64,000 nt of DNA, from NCBI GenBank assembly GCA_045587165.1, contig JAZNBT010000055.1:7017-71016 (forward strand), in the 5' to 3' direction. Made by a program: the position numbers and the translations under genes. Below are positions 30,397 through 41,226 of this stretch, in pieces (position 1 is the first letter of the stretch; every line of letters starts with the position of its first letter). The notes under the pieces were generated by a model, which saw only the letters and a list, made by a program, of their open reading frames with translations, did no database searches and was not told the DNA's origin. This DNA comes from Alphaproteobacteria bacterium. Its GTDB lineage: Bacteria; Pseudomonadota; Alphaproteobacteria; CAAGCB01; CAG-977.

Positions 30397-30922
30397 GATT
30401 TTTGTTTCGTTTGTTTTGATTTGCCTGACCGCTTGCGGTTTTCGTCCGTTGTATGTCGGGAAGGGGACGGATGATTCAATCTCCGGCAAACAACTTACAG
30501 AAGAAATGTCGGCTGTTTTTATTGATGAAATTCCTGACAGGACGGGACAGATTTTGCATCGTTTTCTGATTGACGGAATAACGCCGCACGGGGAATCGAA
30601 AAATCCCCGTTATCGGCTGTCCGTTCGTTTGTCACGGCCGGTTATTTCTCAGCAAGCGGTCAGACAGGATAATCTGGCTACACGTTATGTGATGTCGTTT
30701 ACTGCGCACTATACGCTTTATTCTTATCCGGAAAATCGGAAATTGTTAAGCGACAGCGCTGTCGGTCGCAGCGGTTATGACGTTCAGTTGTCGCCGTATG
30801 CGACGGATGTCGCCGCAGAAACTGCTAAAAAACGTATTATGAAAATTTTAGGGGAAGATATTACCTTGCGTTTGGCGGCGTGTTTAAAAACGCATGATGT
30901 CTCAGAAAAATTAAAACAATGA
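30380..30922 (+). CDS. lptE: LPS-assembly lipoprotein LptE
   Basis: 180 aa. Lipobox LTAC; conserved leuS-lptE-holA synteny. Confidence 0.7.
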   Translation: MSLLRKIFVSFVLICLTACGFRPLYVGKGTDDSISGKQLTEEMSAVFIDEIPDRTGQILHRFLIDGITPHGESKNPRYRLSVRLSRPVISQQAVRQDNLATRYVMSFTAHYTLYSYPENRKLLSDSAVGRSGYDVQLSPYATDVAAETAKKRIMKILGEDITLRLAACLKTHDVSEKLKQ

Positions 30923-31935
30923 CGAAACTGACGCAATCCGCTCTTGAAAACCTGTTTAAAACGGGTGCACCCGCTTTAAAAGCCGTTTTATTTTATGGTC
31001 AGGATGAAGGTTTAATAGAAGAATGCCGGGAAAAACTGACAAAAGCGGTTGTCGCGGATAAAGATCCGTTTCGTCTGGTTGAATTGACTCAATCTCAAAT
31101 CAAGGACGATCCGGCGTTGTTGTCGGCAGAGGCGAACGCTCTTTCTTTGATGGGAGGGCGTCGGGTAGTCGTCGTTCGCGGGGCGGATAATCACTTTACG
31201 GCTGTTCTAAAGGATTTCTTGCCGGCATATAAGGGCGATTCTTTGATAATCGTGACAGCCGGCGGATTAAAGACAAAGGATTCTTTACCTTTGTTATTTT
31301 CGGAATCGCCTGATTTGGCTGTTTTCCCGTGTTATGCGGATGAAGGAGAGGCTTTAAAACGTTTTGTTTTTCAGTTTTTGTCGGATCAGGGGTTTCAAAT
31401 GACGCCGCAAAGCGTGGCCTTTATCGCCGATAATCTGGGGGCGGACAGGCTTCAATCGCGTTCCGAATTGGCAAAGCTGATCGCATATATGGGACATGAA
31501 AAAACAATTACGATGGATGACGCGGTTGCTTGCATCGGTGATGCCGCGGCGTTGTCGATTGATCAGATGTTATATGCTTTGTCCGGCGGTCGGCAAAAAG
31601 AATTGCATGAGACATTGGATCGTTTGTTGGCTGAAGGACAAAGTCCGATCGGTTTATTGCGTTCGGCGGTCGGACACTTTAAAAAATTTCATATAACGTT
31701 GGCAAAGATCAAGGACGGAATTCCATCTGAAACGGCAGTTGCCGCTTTACGTCTGCATTTTAAACGAACGGATGAATTTAAACGCCAGTTAAGACAATGG
31801 AATCTGGCTAAAATCGGGCGAGCTTTGGATTTGCTGGTTCAGGCGGAAAGGGAATGTAAATTTTCTTCCCGACCGCAAAAACTGATTTGTTCACGCGTTT
31901 TTTTACAAATAGCCGCCCAGATCGGCCGAAAATAA
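30919..31935 (+). CDS. holA: DNA polymerase III delta subunit
   Basis: 338 aa. HolA-like architecture and synteny position. Confidence 0.8.
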   Translation: MTKLTQSALENLFKTGAPALKAVLFYGQDEGLIEECREKLTKAVVADKDPFRLVELTQSQIKDDPALLSAEANALSLMGGRRVVVVRGADNHFTAVLKDFLPAYKGDSLIIVTAGGLKTKDSLPLLFSESPDLAVFPCYADEGEALKRFVFQFLSDQGFQMTPQSVAFIADNLGADRLQSRSELAKLIAYMGHEKTITMDDAVACIGDAAALSIDQMLYALSGGRQKELHETLDRLLAEGQSPIGLLRSAVGHFKKFHITLAKIKDGIPSETAVAALRLHFKRTDEFKRQLRQWNLAKIGRALDLLVQAERECKFSSRPQKLICSRVFLQIAAQIGRK

Positions 31936-31965
31936 AAAAGCTCGGATTTTTCCGAGCTTTTTTTC
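31935..31965. terminator. Bidirectional terminator between holA and the convergent purB
   Basis: GCTCGGATTTTTCCGAGC hairpin flanked by A-run and T-run. Confidence 0.7.
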
Positions 31966-33257
31966 TATTTAAAAACCTTTTTAAAAATGAAATCTATTTG
32001 TTGTGTGTAAAACGATAAGTCAAACAATGCTTCCAGCTGTTCTTTGGAAAGAGTTTGCATGACTTCTTCATCGGCTTCCAACAGATCTTTAAACGAACCT
32101 TCGCCGGCCCATACTTTCATGGCGTTGCGTTGTGTCAGTCGGTAGGCGTCTTCGCGTTTCATACCCGTGTCAACCATGGCCAGCATTATGCGTTGGGAAA
32201 AGATCAGTCCCTTTAACCGATTTAAGTTCGCCATCATGTTTTCAGGGTAAATCAGCAGCTTTTCAATTACTCCGGCCAAGCGATTCAAACAGAAATCCAG
32301 TCCGATCATGGCGTCGGGAGCGATAATGCGTTCGTTTGAAGAATGCGAAATGTCGCGTTCGTGCCACAAGGCAACGTTTTCCATTGCCGGAATGACATAA
32401 GATCTTAACAAACGCGCCAAGCCGGTCAGATTTTCGGATAAAACGGGGTTGCGTTTATGCGGCATGGCCGACGACCCTTTTTGCCCTGCGGAAAAGAACT
32501 CTTCGGCTTCGCGGACTTCGGTGCGCTGCAGGTGACGGATTTCAATCGCCAGACGCTCGATTGACGAAGCGATGATACCGATCGTTGAAAACAAAACGGC
32601 GTATCGATCCCGCGGAATGACCTGCGTTGAAACGGGCTCCGGTGTCAATCCCAGTTTTTCCGCCACATATTGTTCCACGCACGGATCAATCGTTGCAAAC
32701 GTGCCGACCGCTCCGGAAATGGCGCAGGTCGCCACTTCTTTGCGAGCCTGTTCCAATCTTTCTTTATTACGGGCGAATTCCGTATAAAATCCCAGCATTT
32801 TTAATCCGAACGTCGTCGGTTCGGCATGAATACCGTGGCTGCGACCGATGCAAGGCGTGTATTTATGTTCTTCGGCGCGGTTTTTCAAAGCGGTTAATAA
32901 GCGATCCATATCCTTTAACAAAATATCGACCGATTGCGTCAGACGCATATTAAACGACGTGTCCAAAACATCTGAAGACGTCATTCCCTGATGCATAAAA
33001 CGTGCGCTTTCACCTACGTTTTCGCCGACGTTGGTTAAGAAGGCAATGACGTCGTGTTTGACTTCTGCTTCGATTTCGTCAATGCGTTTCGGGTCGAATT
33101 TTCCTTTGGTACGGATATCTTCAACGGCGGACTGCGGTATTTTTCCCAGATGAGCCAAAGCTTCGCAGGCGCAGGCTTCTATTTCAAACCATGTGCGAAA
33201 TTTATTTTCATCGGACCAAACGGCACTCATTTCGGGGCGGCTGTAACGCGGTATCAT
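31965..33257 (-). CDS. purB: Adenylosuccinate lyase
   Basis: Fumarate-lyase signature (GSSAMPHKRNP). Start moved to the internal ATG (MIPRYSRPEM...); the track ORF has a 27-aa extension. Confidence 0.9.
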   Translation of the reverse strand: MIPRYSRPEMSAVWSDENKFRTWFEIEACACEALAHLGKIPQSAVEDIRTKGKFDPKRIDEIEAEVKHDVIAFLTNVGENVGESARFMHQGMTSSDVLDTSFNMRLTQSVDILLKDMDRLLTALKNRAEEHKYTPCIGRSHGIHAEPTTFGLKMLGFYTEFARNKERLEQARKEVATCAISGAVGTFATIDPCVEQYVAEKLGLTPEPVSTQVIPRDRYAVLFSTIGIIASSIERLAIEIRHLQRTEVREAEEFFSAGQKGSSAMPHKRNPVLSENLTGLARLLRSYVIPAMENVALWHERDISHSSNERIIAPDAMIGLDFCLNRLAGVIEKLLIYPENMMANLNRLKGLIFSQRIMLAMVDTGMKREDAYRLTQRNAMKVWAGEGSFKDLLEADEEVMQTLSKEQLEALFDLSFYTQQIDFIFKKVFK

Positions 33258-33328
33258 GTTCTTTTCCTTTATTGCAGAAAAATAATAAATATGTTTACAT
33301 ATCAGTAATATGAACAAAGGAGAAAAAA

Positions 33329-33646
33329 ATGCAAACACAAACCGTCATTCGCGCACAGGATTATTTACCCGAAAAGCCCGAATTGGCCGAAGGGGCTACA
33401 GATGAACTGGTTTCCGAAACAGACGGCTTGACCGTTCGTTTGTTCGGGACGGCACCGGATTATACTCAAAAGGAATTTGAGGATTTATGGCAACTGGTTT
33501 TTGATGCGGATGAAAAGGAAATGATCGATTATTGCCGTGAAAAAGGCATTGACGTAATCGGTGACGACGGTTTTCCCGTATCCGGTTGGCGCGATGTCGC
33601 CGTTATGCTCAAGGCTATTGATGCCGGTTTGGTTTCTTTGGCGTAA
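33329..33646 (+). CDS. Hypothetical acidic protein
   Basis: 105 aa ORF with an AGGAGA RBS; no recognised domain. Confidence 0.35.
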   Translation: MQTQTVIRAQDYLPEKPELAEGATDELVSETDGLTVRLFGTAPDYTQKEFEDLWQLVFDADEKEMIDYCREKGIDVIGDDGFPVSGWRDVAVMLKAIDAGLVSLA

Positions 33647-33649
33647 ACG

Positions 33650-34564
33650 ATGAAAAGACTTCTGCCGTTTGTCCTTTTCTTTATTGCTGGCTGTCAGTTG
33701 CCGATCGAAGAAAAGATTCCCATGTCGGTCGATTCTTATTTGACGCGCGTTCCGGTTATTAAAACGGCAGTCATTCATTTGACAAACGAAGACGTAACAA
33801 AGGACGATATCGAATATCAGCAGCTGTTTCAGAAATTAAAACCCGTTTTGGAATCGAAGGGGTATCGCCTGACAACACCGTCCGCCGTTATTTTAAGATT
33901 GAATTTCGGTGTTAAAAAGGATTCGATCGTCAGTATTAAAAGCACGATTTTTACGACGGAGGCCGACCGACTGATCAATGATCGGGATTTACAGGCGGCA
34001 TCGCAATATGATCGAAAAGTCGTTTATGAAAAATTCATTTCATTAACGGCGGTTCAAGCCGGAAAAGAAGGTCATCCGTTTTGGAAAGTAACCGTTTCCA
34101 AAAAGGATTTCGCTCCTGATTTCAGATCGGCGCAGGACAAACTGTTATACCTGTTGTCCCATTTTATAGAAAAGGATTCGGGGCGGTTGGTTTCCGCCGA
34201 TTTGTCGGATACGGAATTTTATCAGCGTTATGTTTTGAAATATTCCGCTGCGGAGGCTTCCTCTTTGTTTGTAACGGAACCCGAAATGCGCCGGCAATAT
34301 ATTAAACGATTGCAGATCAAGGTAAACGCTCATGCCGGAGATTTTAAAAAGTGCGGCTTAACGGAAAAGCGTGAAGTGTCTTTTATGATTTCTCCGTTCG
34401 GAACATTGCCGGCTTTCGATTTTAAGGAAACGTTCAACATCTTGGGAATGCCCGTTGCGGAAAAGGTGCGTTCCTGTATTGCCAAATACTTTGAACCGCT
34501 TTTGGAACCGCCGCACGATATTGATACAACTCAGCCATTGACGGTTAAAATTCCGATCAGATAA
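33650..34564 (+). CDS. Hypothetical lipoprotein
   Basis: 304 aa. Lipobox FIAGC; no recognised domain. Confidence 0.4.
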   Translation: MKRLLPFVLFFIAGCQLPIEEKIPMSVDSYLTRVPVIKTAVIHLTNEDVTKDDIEYQQLFQKLKPVLESKGYRLTTPSAVILRLNFGVKKDSIVSIKSTIFTTEADRLINDRDLQAASQYDRKVVYEKFISLTAVQAGKEGHPFWKVTVSKKDFAPDFRSAQDKLLYLLSHFIEKDSGRLVSADLSDTEFYQRYVLKYSAAEASSLFVTEPEMRRQYIKRLQIKVNAHAGDFKKCGLTEKREVSFMISPFGTLPAFDFKETFNILGMPVAEKVRSCIAKYFEPLLEPPHDIDTTQPLTVKIPIR

Positions 34565-34566
34565 TT

Positions 34567-34595
34567 AAAAAGCGGAGAAAAACCTCCGCTTTTTT
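34567..34595. terminator. Bidirectional terminator between the lipoprotein gene and the convergent DUF1015 gene
   Basis: GCGGAGAAAAACCTCCGC hairpin followed by T6. Confidence 0.7.
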
Positions 34596-34600
34596 ATTTA

Positions 34601-35845
34601 TTAAATGGGATTGGAAATCAGACCGTCCGCCAATTTCGGTTCAAACCACGTCGATTTCGGCGGCATGACTTCACCGCTGTCGGCAACGGCTGTCAATTCC
34701 GTCATTTGTGTCGGATACATTGCGAAAGCCGCAACGAATTCACCGCTGTCGACACGATTTTCCAATTCTTTTAATCCGCGCATACCGCCGACAAAATCAA
34801 TACGCTTGTCTTTGCGCAAATCCCGAATGCCAAGAACGGGATCCAAAACCAAATCGGACAACAGGCTGACATCCAGTCGCTTTACGGCGCTCAAGTCGGC
34901 GGGAAGGTCTTTTAAAGCCAACGAATACCATTGCTTGTTCAGATACAATCCGAAAGTTTCCTTTTTTTGCGGTTTGGCAATGCCGTCAACCGCCGTAACG
35001 GTAAAGTTTTTTTCAAGCGTTTTTAAAAATTCTTCGGCGGATAAACCGTTTAAGTCTTTAACGATGCGGTTGTAATCCAGAATTTTCATTTCTTCGATGG
35101 GGAAGGCAACGGCTAAAAACGAATTATAATCTTCCTTTCCGGTATGATTCGGATTGTGTTCCGCACGTTTTTTGGCAACACGGGAGGCCGCCGCGGATCG
35201 GTGATGTCCGTCCGCGATATAAACAACGTCCTGTTTGTCAAAAGCGGTCGTGATCGTTTGAATGTCGTTATCGTCGTTGACGACCCAGACGGCGTGACGG
35301 ATATCGTTATCGGCGGTTACTTTGTAGTCGGGTTCGTTTTTAACCGTTTTTCGAATGACGGCGTCAACGGCCGGAATTTGATGATAAGCCAGCAGTACGG
35401 GGCCTGTTTGCGCGTTTAAAGCGTCGATTTGACATACGCGGTCGTCTTCTTTGTCTATACGGGTGAATTCGTGCCGGCGAATCCTGTTTTTATCATATTC
35501 GGCAACGCTGGCGGCGACGGCCAAACCGGTTTGAACATGATTTCCCATAATGGCGCGATAAATGTAATAGCAGGGCTTTTCGTCCTGTTTCAGAATGCCT
35601 TTATTCAGTAAAGCCGCGTAATTTTGCGCCGATTTGGCATAAACGGACGGATCGTAAGGATTCGTATTTTCCGGCAAATCGATTTCCGCTTTGGAAATAT
35701 GCAAAAAAGAATACGGTTTTCCGCTTGCTTTTTCCCGTGCTTCTTTTGTATCAAGGACATCATAAGGCGGCGCGACAACGCTTGCGGCGAATTCGGGTGT
35801 CGGACGAACGGCTTTAAAAGGACGAAATAAAGGAATGGTACTCAC
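34601..35845 (-). CDS. DUF1015 family protein
   Basis: Conserved DUF1015 N-terminal motif (FRPFKAVRP) and HH motif. Start placed at a GTG preceded by an AGGAG RBS; the track ORF extends 68 aa further. Confidence 0.65.
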   Translation of the reverse strand: MSTIPLFRPFKAVRPTPEFAASVVAPPYDVLDTKEAREKASGKPYSFLHISKAEIDLPENTNPYDPSVYAKSAQNYAALLNKGILKQDEKPCYYIYRAIMGNHVQTGLAVAASVAEYDKNRIRRHEFTRIDKEDDRVCQIDALNAQTGPVLLAYHQIPAVDAVIRKTVKNEPDYKVTADNDIRHAVWVVNDDNDIQTITTAFDKQDVVYIADGHHRSAAASRVAKKRAEHNPNHTGKEDYNSFLAVAFPIEEMKILDYNRIVKDLNGLSAEEFLKTLEKNFTVTAVDGIAKPQKKETFGLYLNKQWYSLALKDLPADLSAVKRLDVSLLSDLVLDPVLGIRDLRKDKRIDFVGGMRGLKELENRVDSGEFVAAFAMYPTQMTELTAVADSGEVMPPKSTWFEPKLADGLISNPI

Positions 35846-36800
35846 GTCAAGCTCCTGTAAAAACAAAGATGATTTACTTTGTAGCGCAAATTCCTCAAAA
35901 AACAAAGTGATAGTTGTCGCAGGGCCGACGGCTTCCGGAAAATCGGGGTTGGCGCTGGATATGGCAAGTCGGGCGAACGGCGTCGTTATCAATGCCGACA
36001 GCATGCAGGTGTACCGTGACGTACCGACTTTGACGGCCAGACCGAGCATCGAAGACGAACAAAAAGCTCCGCATCGTTTATACGGTTTTTTGGAACCGTC
36101 GGATGCTTTTTCCGTTTATAAATGGGTCAAGCTTGCCGCGCGTGAAATCCGGACGGCTCGGGCGGAAAACAAAGTGCCCGTCGTTGTCGGGGGAACGGGG
36201 TTTTATTTGCAGACGTTGATTCAAGGTTTATCGCCCGTTCCGCAAGCCGAAGAAGCTGTCAGACTCTCTGTTCGCCAAGAATTTGAACGTGTCGGTGCCG
36301 ACGAATTTATCAAAGCGTTTCAAAAAAAGGATCCTTCTTTTGCTTTCACCGATCCGCAAAGGGTTTTGCGTGCCGCCGAAGTTTTGGAACAAACAGGCAG
36401 ATCGGTCACATATTGGCAATCTTTGCCGTATCAAAAGGAAATTGACGCGGATTTTTTTTGTATTCTGCTTGATCCCGAACGTCAAACGCTTTACGACCGG
36501 TGTAATCGACGATTTGCCGAAATGATGAAATTCGGAGCGGTTGAAGAAGTAAAAACGTTGTTTGCAAAAAATCCGCCATCGGACAGTTTGGTGCTGAAAG
36601 CCGTCGGCGTTTTGGAGATAAAAGCTTTTCTTGACGGTACGATGACAAAAGAACAAGCCATCGAACACGCCTGTCAAATGACCAGAAATTATGCCAAAAG
36701 GCAAGTGACATGGTTTAAACATCGTTTTTTGCCCGATATTGTCGTTTCTTCGATAAAAAGTAGCGGTGCATTAACCAAGGCTTTACACTTCTTGGAGTAG
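35835..36800 (+). CDS. miaA: tRNA dimethylallyltransferase MiaA
   Basis: P-loop GPTASGKS. The true start may be the GTG near 35907; the ATG at 35835 would overlap the divergent DUF1015 start. Confidence 0.85.
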   Translation: MVLTSSSCKNKDDLLCSANSSKNKVIVVAGPTASGKSGLALDMASRANGVVINADSMQVYRDVPTLTARPSIEDEQKAPHRLYGFLEPSDAFSVYKWVKLAAREIRTARAENKVPVVVGGTGFYLQTLIQGLSPVPQAEEAVRLSVRQEFERVGADEFIKAFQKKDPSFAFTDPQRVLRAAEVLEQTGRSVTYWQSLPYQKEIDADFFCILLDPERQTLYDRCNRRFAEMMKFGAVEEVKTLFAKNPPSDSLVLKAVGVLEIKAFLDGTMTKEQAIEHACQMTRNYAKRQVTWFKHRFLPDIVVSSIKSSGALTKALHFLE

Positions 36801-36885
36801 ATTAAACTGAAATCCGCCTTTTCTTCGGCTTGCTCTTTAGCTACGGGAAGGCATATCAGGTTATGTATGAATTGTAATTTTTTAA

Positions 36886-37935
<1,050 letters not shown>

Positions 37936-37967
37936 GCCAAATCCCTTTTAAGGGAGGATAAAACTTT

Positions 37968-38837
37968 ATGGGCAAGCAGCATTCCGGTAATCCGGCCTCT
38001 TTGAATCAGATTAAATTCAAATTGCGGCGTTTTGCCGTGTTGGCTTTGGTGATGGCCGCTTTCGGATTGATGTTGTTGGGCAAAGCCGATACGATTTTGG
38101 TGGAAAAGGCGCAGATCCTTTTTAACGATATTGTTACGCCGGTTTTATCGCTTTTATCCAAACCTGCCGAGATGGCATCAAAGTTTATGCAAAATATGCA
38201 TGAATTGGTTTCCATTCGTCAAGAAAACGCTCGTTTACGTCGTGAAAATCAGGAATTGACGCTGATTAAACTGGATACGGAGCAACTGCGTAAAGAAAAC
38301 GCTTATTTAGCCGGATTATTGAATTATGTAGTGCCGCCTCATGCCGTTTCCATTTCTTCGCGCGTAATTGCCGATACGGGGAACGCATTCGCCCAGTCTT
38401 TGATCGCTTTTGTCGGGCACGGACAGAAAATCAAAAAAGGAAACGTCGTTTTAACAGGCGACGGTTTGGTCGGTCGAATTTCCTCTGTCGGAATTAATGC
38501 GGCCAGAATTTTATTGATTACGGATATCAACTCGCGCGTTCCGGTCAAAATCGAACCGTTTGACACGCCGGCGATTTTATCGGGCGATAATACGGAATAT
38601 CCGCAATTGATTTCGTTGTCCAATAACGCCAAAGTATCTGTCGGCGACAAAATTGTTACGTCCGGTATGGCAGGCGTTTATCCTGCGGGATTGCCTGTCG
38701 GCGTGATTGTTTCCATAGATGACGGATTGATCAAAGTCCGTCCGTTTTTTAACCGCAGCCGTTTGGAAGTGGTGCGTATTGTTGACTACGGCCTTTCGGG
38801 TTTGTTACCGGATACAGTATGCGAGACTACACCTTAA
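37968..38837 (+). CDS. mreC: Rod shape-determining protein MreC
   Basis: 289 aa. N-terminal TM and coiled coil, C-terminal beta domain; mreBCD synteny. Confidence 0.85.
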   Translation: MGKQHSGNPASLNQIKFKLRRFAVLALVMAAFGLMLLGKADTILVEKAQILFNDIVTPVLSLLSKPAEMASKFMQNMHELVSIRQENARLRRENQELTLIKLDTEQLRKENAYLAGLLNYVVPPHAVSISSRVIADTGNAFAQSLIAFVGHGQKIKKGNVVLTGDGLVGRISSVGINAARILLITDINSRVPVKIEPFDTPAILSGDNTEYPQLISLSNNAKVSVGDKIVTSGMAGVYPAGLPVGVIVSIDDGLIKVRPFFNRSRLEVVRIVDYGLSGLLPDTVCETTP

Positions 38838-39355
38838 CCCATTTATCGTTTCGTGACAGATGCGTATTGAAGTTTCGGGAATATTCACCGAAACTTTTAA
38901 CGCTTTTGATTTTGCTTTTTTCCGTAGCGCCGACATATTTGCCCGGATATTCTTCGGTTCGTCCGTCGTTGACATTGATACCGATTTTTTATTGGGCGAT
39001 TTACAGATCATATGATTTTTCCGTTGTCAGTGCGTTTATGATCGGTTTGTTTTTGGATTTTTTAGACGGGACGCCTTTGGGGATCAACACGCTGATATTT
39101 ACGTTATTTTATTTGGTCAGCCGGACACAGCGTCGTTATCTGGTTGGTAAATCATTTGTTTTTGTTTGGTTCGGATTTGCTCTTTTGGCGTTTGGGGCTT
39201 GTTTTTTCAAATGGCTGTTTGTGTCTATTAACTATGCGGTTTTTACGCCGCCTTTAATCGCTTTTATCAGTTATTTGTTGTTATTGTTGTGCTATCCGTT
39301 TATTTCATGGCCATGTGCCAGATTGCACGTTTATTTATCGGATAAAGAGAAATGA
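38819..39355 (+). CDS. mreD: Rod shape-determining protein MreD
   Basis: 178 aa polytopic membrane protein; position between mreC and mrdA. Confidence 0.7.
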   Translation: MRDYTLTHLSFRDRCVLKFREYSPKLLTLLILLFSVAPTYLPGYSSVRPSLTLIPIFYWAIYRSYDFSVVSAFMIGLFLDFLDGTPLGINTLIFTLFYLVSRTQRRYLVGKSFVFVWFGFALLAFGACFFKWLFVSINYAVFTPPLIAFISYLLLLLCYPFISWPCARLHVYLSDKEK

Positions 39356-41226
39356 TTACCAGAAACGGGGATAAAGGTAAAATGCTGACCCGCCGCGCAG
39401 CCATGCTGGCGGGGGGCGAAGTTTTTTTATCTTCGATTTTATTGGGACGCATGTATTATTTGCAGGTTTTGGAATCCGACAGATATAAAACACTGGCCGA
39501 AGAAAACCGGATCAGCACGCGGTTGCTGGCTCCGCCGCGGGGATTGATATTTGATCGTTTCGGGGAACCGATGGCACAAAACAATCAAAATTTCCGTGTA
39601 TTGGTGATTTCCGAACAGACGGAAGGCAACTTAAACGCGACATTGGATGCTTTGAATAAGATATTGCCTTTGACGGACGGTGAAATTCAAAGAATACGCA
39701 AAGATGTCCGCCGTTCGCGCGACTTTACGCCGGTGACGATACGAGAAAACCTGACATGGGAACAAATGGCCGCGATTCAATTGAATGCTCCTGATTTGCC
39801 GGGGATTTTAATTGACGAGGGGTTGAGCCGTTATTATCCGCCGGCGGAAGCCGCCGCTCATTTGACCGGATTTGTCGGGGCTGTTTCGGCGGAAGAATTG
39901 GCTTCGGGCAAGCCGTTGTTGAAATTACCGGGTTTTCGTGTCGGTAAATCCGGAATTGAATTGCAGTACAACACGGATTTGTGCGGTAAAGAAGGAGCCC
40001 AACGCGTTGAAGTCAACGCCGTCGGTCGTATTATTCGTGAAATCGAGCGTGATGAAGGAATTCCGGGGACGACGTTGCCGTTAACGATCGATATGCGGAT
40101 TCAAAAAATCGCTTATGATCGGATGAAGAATGAATCCGGCGCGGCCGTTTTATTGGATATTTACACCGGTGAAATATTGGCTTTGGTTTCAACGCCAAGT
40201 TATGATCCGAACAAATTCAATCGCGGCTTGACGGCCGATGAATGGCACAAAATTGTCAAAAACGAACGAAATCCGTTATTGAACAAAGCTTTAGGCGGCT
40301 TATATTCTCCCGGTTCCACATTTAAGATGGTCGTGGCTTTGGCTGCTTTGGAAGCAGGCGTCATTCGTCCGGATACAAAGATTTTTTGCGGCGGCCATAC
40401 GATGATGGGGACGCATCGTTTCCATTGTTGGAAGTCGGACGGTCACGGTAATGTCGATTTAAAAGAAGCTTTGATGCATTCCTGCGACATTTATTTTTAC
40501 GAAGTTGCCCGACGCACCGGAATTGATAAGATTTCGGCAATGGCGAAAAGGTTCGGGTTCGGTATGCCGACGGGGATTAACCTGCCGGGGGAAAAATCGG
40601 GATTGATGCCGACACGCCGTTGGAAAGAAGTTGTTTTAGGCGAACAATGGCTGCAAGGTGATACGTATAATACCGGAATCGGGCAAGGGTATGTATTGGC
40701 GACTCCGTTGCAGTTGGCGGTAATGACGGCTGTATTGGCGAATGACGGTTATAAGGTCAAACCGACGATTTTAGTTCCTGAAAACAGAAATTCTTCACAG
40801 TGTATGGGGGAAAATCTGAATATTTCCAAAACGTATTTGCAGCTGATGCGGGAAGGTATGTTCGATGTCGTCAATGCGTCCAAAGGGACGGCCAGAGCGG
40901 CGCGTGTCAATGTTGACGGCAAATTGATCGCCGGTAAAACGGGTACGACACAAGTCAAACGTATTTCGATGAAAGAACGTGAAGAAGGTTTGCGCAGTCA
41001 GGAAGAATTGCCTTGGGAAGACAGAAACCATGCTTTGTTTGTTACGTTCGGTCCCACGGATAATCCGCGTTATGCGTTATCCGTAATTATCGAGCACGGC
41101 GGCGGCGGGGCAACGACGGCGGCACCGATAGCGAAAGCGATTATGGAATCCGTTTTGAAACTGGATCCGGCGACAAAGCCCCCCAAACAGTATAAAAAAG
41201 TTTCAACGGGAGGGAACAAACCATGA
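39352..41226 (+). CDS. mrdA: Peptidoglycan D,D-transpeptidase PBP2
   Basis: 624 aa. Transpeptidase motifs STFK, SCD (HSCD) and KTG. Confidence 0.92.
   Translation: MITRNGDKGKMLTRRAAMLAGGEVFLSSILLGRMYYLQVLESDRYKTLAEENRISTRLLAPPRGLIFDRFGEPMAQNNQNFRVLVISEQTEGNLNATLDALNKILPLTDGEIQRIRKDVRRSRDFTPVTIRENLTWEQMAAIQLNAPDLPGILIDEGLSRYYPPAEAAAHLTGFVGAVSAEELASGKPLLKLPGFRVGKSGIELQYNTDLCGKEGAQRVEVNAVGRIIREIERDEGIPGTTLPLTIDMRIQKIAYDRMKNESGAAVLLDIYTGEILALVSTPSYDPNKFNRGLTADEWHKIVKNERNPLLNKALGGLYSPGSTFKMVVALAALEAGVIRPDTKIFCGGHTMMGTHRFHCWKSDGHGNVDLKEALMHSCDIYFYEVARRTGIDKISAMAKRFGFGMPTGINLPGEKSGLMPTRRWKEVVLGEQWLQGDTYNTGIGQGYVLATPLQLAVMTAVLANDGYKVKPTILVPENRNSSQCMGENLNISKTYLQLMREGMFDVVNASKGTARAARVNVDGKLIAGKTGTTQVKRISMKEREEGLRSQEELPWEDRNHALFVTFGPTDNPRYALSVIIEHGGGGATTAAPIAKAIMESVLKLDPATKPPKQYKKVSTGGNKP

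Noticed and set aside
38006-38650. Small minus-strand ORFs inside mreC
   Set aside because: Antisense to a syntenic mreBCD operon gene, with no supporting signals.
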